64,000 nt of DNA from Spirochaetia bacterium (GTDB taxonomy: Bacteria; Spirochaetota; Spirochaetia; DSM-2461): the NCBI GenBank assembly GCA_963668315.1, contig OY764216.1, positions 2,272,001-2,336,000 of the forward strand. Direction: 5' to 3'. Of this stretch, positions 1 to 9,416 are shown piece after piece. The notes under the pieces are model-generated. The model had not been told where the DNA came from. It searched no databases and saw only the letters and a program-made list of their open reading frames with translations. Position 1 is the first letter of the stretch; each line of letters starts with the position of its first letter. Position numbers and translations under genes: made by a program.

Positions 1-843
1 GACGATGCCGTTTACAAGCTCCACTCCCTCGCCGATCTGGACAGGCTGCTCCTTTGTTCCCCCCAGGGTGAGGTTTTTGAGCTTATTGGCTCCCTTTACA
101 TAGGAACTCTCTCCGAAGAGAACGTCCTTGATAATCCGGCAGCTCTTGATGATGCTCTCTTCGCCCACCTCGCCGTAGAAGCCTCTTCGGGGGGAAATCC
201 GCTCTTCCGTCCATCGGCGGAAGCTCTCCTGGAAAACGGGGCGGTCACGGAATTTTGACCAGAGCCATCCGTCGCCGGGGAGCATGCCCTCGAAGGGGAG
301 AATCTTCCGGGAGCCGTTCTCATTGGCCACTTCCACGGCGATTCTTACGGACTCCTCCTCGCCCTCTTTGACGATGCCGTTGCCGAATTTGGAGTGGTTG
401 GTTGCGGACATCTCGTCAATATTGAAAAGAATGGAGCGGTTCCCCACAATGTAATGGGATAGATAGCGAACATTATGAAGAGCGGTATGGTCGCCCAGAT
501 CGCTGGAAATGATCAGGCTGTCATAAATGCCGCAGGGGAGGGAGAGGTCGTGGTAGGTCAACTGCCCCTCTTCGAGGCAGCCGATCCTGACAAGTCCCTC
601 GAAACGGGAATTTCTGATCAGGTCCGGATCGAATGGATCGGCCACAAGAACGTCGCTCCAGTTCCCCGCGCCGTTCCCGTTCTCCCTGAGCCTGTCAATT
701 TCCTGTGGGCTGAGGGGCCGGAAATCCTGCCGGGGATTCCGGGCGAAGCGGAAGATGTATTCGTCTTCACCCGCTTGAAGATACTCGCAAGGTATGAAGC
801 CATATCCCCTCCGGGCGGAATCTCCCTTTATCAGTTTGACCAT
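1..843 (-). CDS. DUF4954-family protein, partial (C-terminus runs off the left edge)
   Basis: Manual translation from ATG at 843 gives MVKLIKGDSARRGYGFIP...LFNIDEMSATNHSKFGNGIVKEGEEESVRIAVEVANENG...QIGEGVELVNGIV. The frame is open to the edge, with a G-rich RBS upstream. Absent from the ORF track because no stop falls in the window. Confidence 0.7.
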   Translation of the reverse strand, partial: MVKLIKGDSARRGYGFIPCEYLQAGEDEYIFRFARNPRQDFRPLSPQEIDRLRENGNGAGNWSDVLVADPFDPDLIRNSRFEGLVRIGCLEEGQLTYHDLSLPCGIYDSLIISSDLGDHTALHNVRYLSHYIVGNRSILFNIDEMSATNHSKFGNGIVKEGEEESVRIAVEVANENGSRKILPFEGMLPGDGWLWSKFRDRPVFQESFRRWTEERISPRRGFYGEVGEESIIKSCRIIKDVLFGESSYVKGANKLKNLTLGGTKEQPVQIGEGVELVNGIV

Positions 844-875
844 GCCGTCCCCCTTACCGTCTGATTTATCCGTGT

Positions 876-1739
876 CTATTCAAAAACAACCGTCTTGTTT
901 CCGAAAACCAGTACTCTGTTGTCCAGGTGAAGCTCCACCGCCTGGGCCAGAACGCTCTTCTCCAGGGCGCGCCCCTTCTTTACCAGGTCCTCCACCGAAT
1001 CGCGGTGGCTGATATGGGTTATCCCCTGGGCGATGATGGGCCCCTGATCCAGGTCGCTGGTCACGTAATGGCTGGTGGCGCCAATGATCTTCACTCCCCG
1101 CTGAAAGGCCTGGTGATAGGGTTTGGCCCCCACAAAGGCGGGAAGGAAGGAGTGGTGTATGTTGATGATTTTCTGGGGATAGTGATCCACAAATTCCGGT
1201 GAAAGAATCTGCATATACCGGGCCAGAACAATAAGGTCAACGTTCAGGGAGTCGAGCAGCTCCTTCTCTTTCTCCTCCATCTCCGCCTTGGTGGCCCTGG
1301 TAATGGGGATATGGGTAAAGGGAATATCGAAATAGTCGGCGATGGGTTCGGCGTCCTTGTGGTTTCCCACGATTTGAACGATATCTCCGTTCATTTCGCC
1401 CGATTTGTGTCTCTGGAGAAGCTCGAAGAGACAGTGGTCATATTTGGATACCATGATGGCTATACGCGGCTTGACGTGGGAAAATTTCAGTTTCCACTTC
1501 ATATTGTACTTTTCGGCGATCGGCTCGAAGGCGGATTTTATTTTTCCCTCGGGAATGGTAAAATCGGACAAATCCCACTCAACACGCATGAAAAAGGCCC
1601 CCGAACTGTCGTTATGCTGATCGGAAACGACGATGTTGCCCTTGTAAGTGGATATGAAAAAAGATACTTCCGCCACCAGTCCCCGCTGATCCTCGCAGGA
1701 AATTAAAAGTATCGCTCTGTCTGCTTTTGCCTTTGCCAT
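876..1739 (-). CDS. purU: Formyltetrahydrofolate deformylase
   Basis: N-terminal ACT domain (CEDQRGLVAEVS); LARYMQILS, INIHHSFLPAFVGAKPYHQA and GATSHYVTSDLDQGPII motifs. Confidence 0.96.
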   Translation of the reverse strand: MAKAKADRAILLISCEDQRGLVAEVSFFISTYKGNIVVSDQHNDSSGAFFMRVEWDLSDFTIPEGKIKSAFEPIAEKYNMKWKLKFSHVKPRIAIMVSKYDHCLFELLQRHKSGEMNGDIVQIVGNHKDAEPIADYFDIPFTHIPITRATKAEMEEKEKELLDSLNVDLIVLARYMQILSPEFVDHYPQKIINIHHSFLPAFVGAKPYHQAFQRGVKIIGATSHYVTSDLDQGPIIAQGITHISHRDSVEDLVKKGRALEKSVLAQAVELHLDNRVLVFGNKTVVFE

Positions 1740-1842
1740 AGGATGAATTCCTCTTTTTTAGTTATATCTGGAAGACTGGAATGATAGCTCTTTACCGCTC
1801 TTTTTACAAGAGTGTGGAAGATCGGCCCGCCATGCTGATTTT

Positions 1843-1945
1843 GGGGGTGTCCCCGGGTTTCGCCCGGGGCCGTGCTTTCCACGGGTATCGTCTCAATGGG
1901 ATAAATCCCCTTGAGACCGCTTCGCGCCGTTACAATCACTCACCC
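1843..1945 (+). ncRNA. Structured intergenic element, Flavo-1-like RNA motif or REP-like repeat
   Basis: Hairpins CCCCGGGtttcgCCCGGGG and GTCTCAAtgggataaatcccCTTGAGAC; ends GGGTG/CACCC can pair; GCTTTCC...GTTACAATC layout recalls Flavo-1-type elements. Confidence 0.4.
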
Positions 1946-2092
1946 ATGACGCCCTGTCCCTCAAATCGTAAGTGCCACCTTGTGTTCCCGATCATTGACA
2001 TGGGGGAAATAATGGCTTATGACAAGGGATAGCAACCGGTTTTCCGTCTCTGCAAGAGGTAGGGAAATCGGGAAAAAGGAACTATTATTTCA

Positions 2093-2686
2093 ATGTCAAT
2101 GATCGGGAACATAGAGAATAGGCTCGCCCTTCTCGGCGGCTACGAGAACCAATACCCGGGAGAACGGGATACCATAGGCCTGTGCCGTACTTTTCTGACC
2201 TGCCGGGATTCCCTTCCCGAAGAGTATTCCCGCGGTCATATCACCGGATCAGCCTGGATTCTGAACTCTGCCCGGAACAAGACGGTTCTGACGCACCACC
2301 GGAAACTGAATCTCTGGCTTCAGACGGGCGGGCACCTGGAAGAGGGGGAGGAACCCCGGGAAGGGGCCATCCGGGAAGGAATGGAGGAAACGGGACTGAC
2401 CTCCCTCCGGTCTATCCAGAAGACGCTGTTCGATCTGGATATCCATCTTATTCCCGCACGGGGCGATCAGCCGGCCCATTACCATTTCGACATGCGTTTT
2501 CTTCTGGAGGCCTTAGGAAATGAGTCCCTCGTTATTTCCCGTGAATCCCGGGATCTCCGCTGGGTCGACCTGGAAGACGTGCCTCAGTACAACCGTTCCG
2601 AATCGGTCCTGCGCATGGTTCTCAAATCCGCTCCTTACGGGGGATTTGATTTCCCCGGGGAATTCCCCTATAATGGGCATCATTAA
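2093..2686 (+). CDS. NUDIX hydrolase
   Basis: Nudix box [31 protein letters not shown] and HYHFDMRF motifs. Confidence 0.9.
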   Translation: MSMIGNIENRLALLGGYENQYPGERDTIGLCRTFLTCRDSLPEEYSRGHITGSAWILNSARNKTVLTHHRKLNLWLQTGGHLEEGEEPREGAIREGMEETGLTSLRSIQKTLFDLDIHLIPARGDQPAHYHFDMRFLLEALGNESLVISRESRDLRWVDLEDVPQYNRSESVLRMVLKSAPYGGFDFPGEFPYNGHH

Positions 2687-2709
2687 TACGTGAGAGACGG
2701 AGAATAACA

Positions 2710-3195
2710 ATGAAAGATTGTCCCTGTAAGAGCGGCATGGCATTTGACCTGTGCTGCGGTCCTATTCTGGACGGAAAGACGGAGGCTCCCACGGCGGAAG
2801 CCCTGATGAGAGCCCGCTACAGCGCCTACGCTACGGGTAATGTGGACTTTATCATAAACAGTAATGAGCCGAAAAGCCGGGAGAATCTCTCCCCCGAGGC
2901 TATCGAGGAGTGGTCCAAAGGATCGGAATGGCTCGGTCTGGAAATCATCAAGACAAAGAAAGGCAAAGAAGGCGACAGCGAAGGCCTTGTGGAGTTCAAA
3001 GCCCACTATATGCAAAACCGAGCCCGGCTGACCCACCATGAACTGGCGGAGTTCAAGAAAATAGACGGCAAATGGATGTTCTTCGACGGTGACCAGATCA
3101 ATGAGCCCGCTCACCGGGAGGCTTCGAAAGTAGGCCGAAACGATCCCTGTCCCTGCGGCAGCGGAAAAAAATACAAAAAGTGCTGCGGCAAATAG
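2710..3195 (+). CDS. ychJ: YchJ family protein with SEC-C motifs
   Basis: N-terminal [24 protein letters not shown]-terminal [25 protein letters not shown]. Confidence 0.9.
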   Translation: MKDCPCKSGMAFDLCCGPILDGKTEAPTAEALMRARYSAYATGNVDFIINSNEPKSRENLSPEAIEEWSKGSEWLGLEIIKTKKGKEGDSEGLVEFKAHYMQNRARLTHHELAEFKKIDGKWMFFDGDQINEPAHREASKVGRNDPCPCGSGKKYKKCCGK

Positions 3196-3202
3196 GTCCT
3201 GT

Positions 3203-3907
3203 GTGAAACTGACTCCCGATCGGATCCTTTATGAGGATAACCACCTTATCATCGTTAACAAGCTGGCCGGCGAGATCGTCCAGGGAGATAAGACGGGCGA
3301 CCGGGCCATGCCGGATGATATCAAAGAGTACATCGCCCGGCGCGACAGCAAGCCGGGCAATGTTTTCCTGGGGGTAACCCACAGGATTGACCGGCCTACC
3401 AGCGGTGCGGTCGTCTTTGCTAAAACTTCCAAAGGACTGTCCCGGATGAACGATCTTTTCCGCAAGGGCGGGGTGGATAAGTTCTACTGGGCCGTGACCG
3501 AAAAGGCGCCTCCCAAAGGGGAGGATACCCTGACGGGATGGCTCTTTCGGGACAGGCGTAAAAACCGCTCTTTCTGCTGGGGCGAGCCGGGCGAGGGAAG
3601 GCAGGAAGCCCGTCTCCGTTATCGTCTGCTGGCTTCAAGCGACCGTTACTATCTGATCGAAGTGGAGCTCCTTACAGGAAGACACCACCAGATCCGCTGC
3701 CAGCTGGCCGATATGGGCTGCCCCATCAAGGGTGACCTGAAATACGGAGCCAAGCGTTCCAATCCGGGCGGTGGCATCAGTCTCCACGCCAGACGGATTC
3801 AGTTTGAACACCCCATTAAAAAGAGTCCGGTGGCCGTAACGGCTCCTGTTCCCCGGGATGACAGTCTCTGGCTCTACTTTGAAGAGAACCGGGAAGGAAC
3901 GACCTAA
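3203..3907 (+). CDS. RluA-family RNA pseudouridine synthase
   Basis: HRIDRPTSG catalytic motif; TGRHHQIRCQL; GDLKYG. Confidence 0.93.
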   Translation: MKLTPDRILYEDNHLIIVNKLAGEIVQGDKTGDRAMPDDIKEYIARRDSKPGNVFLGVTHRIDRPTSGAVVFAKTSKGLSRMNDLFRKGGVDKFYWAVTEKAPPKGEDTLTGWLFRDRRKNRSFCWGEPGEGRQEARLRYRLLASSDRYYLIEVELLTGRHHQIRCQLADMGCPIKGDLKYGAKRSNPGGGISLHARRIQFEHPIKKSPVAVTAPVPRDDSLWLYFEENREGTT

Positions 3908-3908
3908 G

Positions 3909-5333
3909 GTGAAAGACAGTTCCTATTTGAGGGGACACCGTTACTTCCGGGATCTGAATCCGGGGGAACTCGATGAGCTGGCCGGTTTTTTTTCCCTTTT
4001 CAGGGGAAGGGCGGGAGCCGTTCTGATTCCCGCGGGAGCTCCCGTGGAAGGTCTGTATCTTCTGGAGGAGGGCATTCTCAAGGGGGAGGACGGAAAGGGG
4101 AATGACCGTGTCTACACCCGGGGAGATACCATAGGGGAGGATGCTCTTTTTTCTCCCTATGCCGCCTCCGGTCCTGTTTCCGTACTGGAAGAGTGCCGTG
4201 TCCTCTATCTGGCCAGGTCCGATTATCTTCTTTGGAAGAGCCGCCGTCCGAAAGGCGTGAAAAGACTGGCCCTGCCGACGGGAAAAGACGGCCCTGTCAA
4301 AGGGGCCGTACTGCGGGAAAGCCGTATCTTCTGGCTGGCGAAGACCCTTCCCTCCCTGATTTTTCCTCCCCTTTTTCTTGCCCGGCTGTTACTGCGCCGG
4401 AGGAACGGAACCTTTGTGGAGGGGGATAAACTGATCTTTCGCTACTTCCGCTGGAAATCCCTGAAAAATATTAATCTGACCATTCCTCTCGAGCAGATCC
4501 AGTCGGTGGAAAGCGGGCAGAAAGGGCTGCTCTCCCGGCTGATGAAAACGGGAGATCTTCTGGTGAGGGTTGACGGATCGGAGGGACATGTCCTGGTGAA
4601 GAACATCCCCCGTCCCCGGGAGGAGCAGGAGAGAATCCTTACGCTGAAACGGCGGGCGGAAGAGACGGCCCGCGCCGCGAAGCACCGGCGGATACGCCGG
4701 GATATCGCCCGTTGGATCCGGAAGGAAGAGGGAATCGAGCTGATCGAAGAGGGAAAGTCCGACAATGGGGCGCCAAAGCGGAAGAGCTCTCTCTTCCATC
4801 GGTCGCTTTTTGTTCTCCTCGCACAGATCTGGTGGCTGATCATACTCGCAGGCGGGTGCGGCGGACTCTACTGGGGCGGGAAGATCTCTTCAGCCGACTG
4901 GGTGCAGCTCCCCCTCGCCGCCGTGATGATTCTGGCCGGACTGATCCTTTACCGGCTCGTTGACTGGGCCAATGATCTATTCAAGGTGGAGGGGGGCTAT
5001 CTTCTGGATGTGAACAGGAAACCCCTGGGTGAGGAGCGGACGAGCCGGCAGGCGGAACTTTCGGCCATTCAGAATGTCATTGCCGAACAGAAGGGGCTCT
5101 GGGCCAACCTTTTCGATTACGGCGATATCCGCATCATCCTCTCCGGATCGGGACAGGGGCTTTTATGGGAGGGAATGAAGCATCCCCGCCGGGTTCAGGA
5201 ACGGATTCTCTTCGAAAGGAGGGCCTGGCTGGACGGACTGGAAGAAAAGGAGAGGCTGTCCCAGCAGGAGGATCTTATGCTTTACTGCCGCTTCCTTTCT
5301 CAAGAGTTGTCCGAAAAAAACCGATCTTCATAA
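3909..5333 (+). CDS. Membrane protein with N-terminal cyclic-nucleotide-binding-like domain and two bacterial PH-like domains
   Basis: YFRDLNPGELDELA...GLYLLEEG...GDTIGEDAL (cNMP-like); two IQSV/IQNV..QKGL...GD repeats (bPH_2-like); TM segments; probable GTG start at 3909. Confidence 0.65.
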   Translation: MKDSSYLRGHRYFRDLNPGELDELAGFFSLFRGRAGAVLIPAGAPVEGLYLLEEGILKGEDGKGNDRVYTRGDTIGEDALFSPYAASGPVSVLEECRVLYLARSDYLLWKSRRPKGVKRLALPTGKDGPVKGAVLRESRIFWLAKTLPSLIFPPLFLARLLLRRRNGTFVEGDKLIFRYFRWKSLKNINLTIPLEQIQSVESGQKGLLSRLMKTGDLLVRVDGSEGHVLVKNIPRPREEQERILTLKRRAEETARAAKHRRIRRDIARWIRKEEGIELIEEGKSDNGAPKRKSSLFHRSLFVLLAQIWWLIILAGGCGGLYWGGKISSADWVQLPLAAVMILAGLILYRLVDWANDLFKVEGGYLLDVNRKPLGEERTSRQAELSAIQNVIAEQKGLWANLFDYGDIRIILSGSGQGLLWEGMKHPRRVQERILFERRAWLDGLEEKERLSQQEDLMLYCRFLSQELSEKNRSS

Positions 5334-5334
5334 C

Positions 5335-6885
5335 ATGAAAAGATTCGCATTTATCTTAATGATGATTCCGGTCTCACTGGTTCTGTTCGCACAGGAGTCG
5401 GCATGGTTCCGTCAGATAAGTTTTGACGGTTTCGACCGCGTCCGGGGGATCTATCCCATAGATGAGAGGGAGAGCGGAGAGGTAAATTGCTACCGCTTTA
5501 CCCTGGACGGGGAGAATCGTCCCGTGCTCATAGAATACCTTAACAGCGGACGTGCGCTGGATAATCCGGAACGGGGCGTCTTTCGTATGGAACTGGTTTA
5601 CGGGGAAGGATTTGTGGAAAGGGTACATCAGACCCGTTCCGGCCTGCCCGCCGCCGACTCCCGGGGAGTCTACCGGTTCCGTCTTGTCTTTGACAGCGAA
5701 GGCCGTCCGGCGGCTTCCTTCAATTATGACCGTTACGGAAACCTTTTTCCCGATAACGGGGGCGTGGCATCCCGGCGCTGGGAATTCGACAGTTCCGACA
5801 GAATCGGCTCTCTTATTTTCTTCAATCGATACGGCGCCCGCATAAGCGATAAGGCCGGTGTCTGGGAGGAGAGGCGTTTTTATGAGGGAGACCACATTTC
5901 CGAAGTCATCTATCTGGACGAATCCCTTAAGTCTCTGGGAGGGCTCAGCTACCGTTGGGACGATCAGGGGAATCTCGTTGAACAGACCGTGCTGGACAAA
6001 TCCCTCGAGAGGGGCTCCGACGTTATGGGCGTTTCCCGTATTGCCCGCACCTATGACAGGCAGGGTAACTGCCTTGTCAAAGAGATCTATAACGGGGGAG
6101 ACGAATTGACCACCGATGAGAACGGCATTGCCCTTTATGTTTACGGTTATGATGAATGGGGCAATCCAACCCTGGAAGAGCGCTACGGGGCTGACGGGGA
6201 ACCCAGCGATGACATGGACGGCATTTTCCGGATCAACTGGGTCGCCTACAGCCAGGGGAGGGTTCTGGAAAGGACCAACCACGCCGCTTCGGGTGAGCTG
6301 GCCGCCGACGAGTGGGGCGCCGCCAGTTACCGCTGGGTGATCGATGAAGAGGGCCTGGTGCGTGAAGAAAAATATTACGGTGTCGATGACAGGCTGATTC
6401 AGGACCGCTGGGGCATCGCCATTTATCAGTGGGACTATGACGGGATGGGCAATCGCACCGAAGCCCGCTGTTATGACGACTGGGAGAGCCTCTGCGAGGA
6501 TACCCGGGGAATCGCCGTCTACCGCTGGGATTACGATGAGGAGGGGCATATGGCCGCCGAGCATCACTACAACGCCGCCGGTGAACTGAGCGAGGATACC
6601 CGTGGCATAGCCCGGATGACCTGGTCCTATGACGGAGAAGGAAACCGGATAAGGCAGGAGCAGTACGGTCTTTACGGCCAGCTCCGTGCCGATCCTTCCG
6701 GTGTGGCCGTCTACCACTGGGATTATGACCGCTACGGGAATCTTCTGGAGGAGAGCTACGGCGGCATCGACGGCCGGGCTGTGGAGAATAACGGGGGGGT
6801 CGCCCTTTCCCGCTGGGAATATGACGGAGACGGTACGCCTCTGGCTTCAGTGAAGCTTGACAGGAATCATGAAATCCATGAATAA
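5335..6885 (+). CDS. Secreted YD/RHS-like repeat protein
   Basis: Signal peptide; about 14 tandem ~32-aa repeats of the form G(I/V)AxYxWxYDxxGNxxExxYxxxxGxLxxD. Confidence 0.75.
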   Translation: MKRFAFILMMIPVSLVLFAQESAWFRQISFDGFDRVRGIYPIDERESGEVNCYRFTLDGENRPVLIEYLNSGRALDNPERGVFRMELVYGEGFVERVHQTRSGLPAADSRGVYRFRLVFDSEGRPAASFNYDRYGNLFPDNGGVASRRWEFDSSDRIGSLIFFNRYGARISDKAGVWEERRFYEGDHISEVIYLDESLKSLGGLSYRWDDQGNLVEQTVLDKSLERGSDVMGVSRIARTYDRQGNCLVKEIYNGGDELTTDENGIALYVYGYDEWGNPTLEERYGADGEPSDDMDGIFRINWVAYSQGRVLERTNHAASGELAADEWGAASYRWVIDEEGLVREEKYYGVDDRLIQDRWGIAIYQWDYDGMGNRTEARCYDDWESLCEDTRGIAVYRWDYDEEGHMAAEHHYNAAGELSEDTRGIARMTWSYDGEGNRIRQEQYGLYGQLRADPSGVAVYHWDYDRYGNLLEESYGGIDGRAVENNGGVALSRWEYDGDGTPLASVKLDRNHEIHE

Positions 6886-9016
6886 ATATTTTGCCTCATG
6901 CCCCAGGCATGTGGAAGATCTGGCCGCCGCCGAAGCGGAAAGGGCCGGCGGAAAAAATGTCTCACCCACCAGGGGAGGAGTCTCATTCGAGGGTGATCTG
7001 GCCGCGGCCTACAGGTTCTGCCTCTGGTCACGGGTCACGTCCCGGCTGCTTCTGGAAATCGGTTCCTGGGAAGGCGATTCGGAAGAGCCCTTCTATGCCG
7101 AGATGAACCGGTGGGCCTGGGAGGAGATGTTTCCCGCCGATGACGGATTTCTCTGCCATATGACCGGTACGGGCCAGGCTCCCTTTTCCGACCGATTCGC
7201 CCTTCTCAAACTGAAGGACGCCATTGTCGACCGATTCAGGGACAAGACGGGGCAGAGGCCTTCGGTGGATCGGGAAAACCCTTCGGTTATCGTTGAGTGT
7301 CACAGGAAAAATCAGACCTATACCGTCTATCTCGACCTTTCGGGGGAGAGCCTTCATAAGAGGGGATACCGCCTGGATAAGGGAGGCGCCGCCTTAAGAG
7401 AGAATACCGCCGCTGCCCTGCTCATCCGGTCGGGATGGAATGAACCGACGGACAGGGCCTTTCTGGACCCCATGTGCGGTTCCGGGACCCTCTGCATCGA
7501 GGCGGCCATGATCGCGTCCGACAGAGCTCCCGCCCTGGAAAGAACCCGCTGGGGATTCCGGGGATGGAAGGGGCATTCCGAAGAACTCTGGCAGGAAATC
7601 CTGGAAGAAGCCCGGGAGCGTTTCGAGAAGGGCCGAAAAACCATGGGGCCGATCCAGGGCTACGACAAGGACGAAGTGGTGGTACGTAAAGCCCGGTCCA
7701 ATTTCAACCGGAGCGGCATGAAGGGTGTACGCTTTGACGCCATGGCCATAGAGAAACTGAAACTGCAGAAGAACCTGACCGAAAGGGAAGGGCTGATAGC
7801 CGTCAATCCTCCTTACGGTATCCGGCTGGAAGAGAGAATGGGCCTGGAAGGTCTCTACCGCAGTCTGGGAGTCTTCTACAAGGAACAGCTTCCCCACTGG
7901 CAGCTTTCTCTCATCACTCCCGACAAGGAGCTGGGCATGGCCGTTCAGATCCGGTCTTTCCGTGAGAACAAGCTGGATAACGGAGGCCTTCCCTGTCTTA
8001 TCCTCCACTTCAGGGAGCCCGAAAGGAACAGCCTTGTCCGTGTTCTCAGTCCCCAGGCGGAGCAGTTCAAAAACCGTCTGGTCAAAAATGTGAAGCGCCT
8101 GGGCAAATGGGCCCGCAAGAACGAAGTGACCAGCTATCGCATTTATGATGCCGACCTTCCCGATTACAACTTTGCTCTGGACTGGTACGAGGGCAGATGG
8201 ATTCATTTTCAGGAGTACGCCCCCACCGTAAGGATCGACAACGACAAGGCGGAGAAGCGTGTCAGGGAAGGAATAGATGCCATCTGCCAGGTTCTGGAAA
8301 TAGAGAGGTCCGCCGTATTCGTCAAAACCAGAAGACGGCAGAAAGGGGCCTCCCAGTATGTGAAGGGAGAAAACCGCCAGACCGCACCCGCCGTCGGAGA
8401 AGGGGATAAGCTGATCGCCCGGGAGTCCGGTTCCCTCTTTCTTCTGAATCTGACCGATTATGTGGATACGGGACTCTTTCTGGATCACCGCCCTGTAAGG
8501 CGATGGATAAGGGACAATGCCTCGGGTAAGGATTTTCTCAATCTCTTCGCCTATACGGGGAGTGCCACCGTTCTGGCGGCGGCCGGAGGAGCCCGTTCCA
8601 CCACGACAGTGGACGGCTCCAAAACCTATGTGCAGTGGGCCCGGGATAATATGGAGATCAACCGCCTGTCCGGAGAGAACCACCGGTTCTTCGCCGACGA
8701 TTGTTTTGCCTGGCTGGAGAGGGAAAGGGGGAGCTATGACCTGATTTTCCTCGATCCTCCCACCTTCTCTAACAGCAAGGGAAAGAAAACAACCTTTGAT
8801 ATTCAGACCGATCATGTCCGTCTGATCGAACTGGCCCTTTCCTGTCTCAGGCCGGGAGGAACGTTGATCTTCTCCAATAATTTCCGTAAATTTCAGCTGG
8901 AATTTGAGTCCGGTGAGTATTCCATAGAGGAAGTCACCCCATGGAGCATCCCGGAGGATTTCAAGTCAAGCAGCGGGATACACCGCTGCTGGTTCATCTC
9001 CTCTCCCGGCAGATAG
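6878..9016 (+). CDS. rlmL: Bifunctional 23S rRNA m2G2445/m7G2069 methyltransferase RlmKL
   Basis: THUMP region, LHKRGYR, DPMCGSGT, NPPYG, DTGLFLDHR, LNLFAYTG, DPPTFSNSK. Confidence 0.93.
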   Translation: MNKYFASCPRHVEDLAAAEAERAGGKNVSPTRGGVSFEGDLAAAYRFCLWSRVTSRLLLEIGSWEGDSEEPFYAEMNRWAWEEMFPADDGFLCHMTGTGQAPFSDRFALLKLKDAIVDRFRDKTGQRPSVDRENPSVIVECHRKNQTYTVYLDLSGESLHKRGYRLDKGGAALRENTAAALLIRSGWNEPTDRAFLDPMCGSGTLCIEAAMIASDRAPALERTRWGFRGWKGHSEELWQEILEEARERFEKGRKTMGPIQGYDKDEVVVRKARSNFNRSGMKGVRFDAMAIEKLKLQKNLTEREGLIAVNPPYGIRLEERMGLEGLYRSLGVFYKEQLPHWQLSLITPDKELGMAVQIRSFRENKLDNGGLPCLILHFREPERNSLVRVLSPQAEQFKNRLVKNVKRLGKWARKNEVTSYRIYDADLPDYNFALDWYEGRWIHFQEYAPTVRIDNDKAEKRVREGIDAICQVLEIERSAVFVKTRRRQKGASQYVKGENRQTAPAVGEGDKLIARESGSLFLLNLTDYVDTGLFLDHRPVRRWIRDNASGKDFLNLFAYTGSATVLAAAGGARSTTTVDGSKTYVQWARDNMEINRLSGENHRFFADDCFAWLERERGSYDLIFLDPPTFSNSKGKKTTFDIQTDHVRLIELALSCLRPGGTLIFSNNFRKFQLEFESGEYSIEEVTPWSIPEDFKSSSGIHRCWFISSPGR

Positions 9017-9416
9017 TGCACCCCAGTACATGCACCTGAGTTTTCCCCGGTTTATTGAATACCCGGGCGATGACGTAGTCGTCAGGGCCCAGACTCTCCC
9101 CGCAGTAGGGACAGATTCTTCCCTCCCCGCCGCGGCCGCCCGAATCGGGATGGCCGTGGTAGCATCGGGGACAGCCGAATATATGCATGAGGCCGTCAGG
9201 CTTTCCCGGGTACAGGTGGGAGTGAACCCTTTCCCCCCGATTCAGCCACTCTCCGCAGAGAGGACAGCGGGTCCCGAAGCTTTTTGCCGGCGTCTCCTCT
9301 TCTTCCCTTATAATCCACTCATCCCGGGAAGGTTTCTCCTTTTTACCGGTGAGAAATATCAGCAGGAGGAGAAGGATTATAAGGAGTAAGGCAATGACGG
9401 CTATTTCCGTGACCAT
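8994..9416 (-). CDS. Membrane-anchored double zinc-ribbon hypothetical protein
   Basis: N-terminal TM helix; duplicated CPxCGExL...H(I/V)xGCxxC modules. Confidence 0.7.
   Translation of the reverse strand: MVTEIAVIALLLIILLLLLIFLTGKKEKPSRDEWIIREEEETPAKSFGTRCPLCGEWLNRGERVHSHLYPGKPDGLMHIFGCPRCYHGHPDSGGRGGEGRICPYCGESLGPDDYVIARVFNKPGKTQVHVLGCTICRERR

Noticed and set aside
1740..2090. THF or ZTP riboswitch upstream of purU
   Set aside because: Expected conserved cores not found by eye; only the Flavo-1-like structure is supported.
5374..6717. 447-aa minus-strand ORF
   Set aside because: Antisense shadow of the YD-repeat gene; no motifs.
7394..8815. 473-aa minus-strand ORF
   Set aside because: Antisense shadow of rlmKL.
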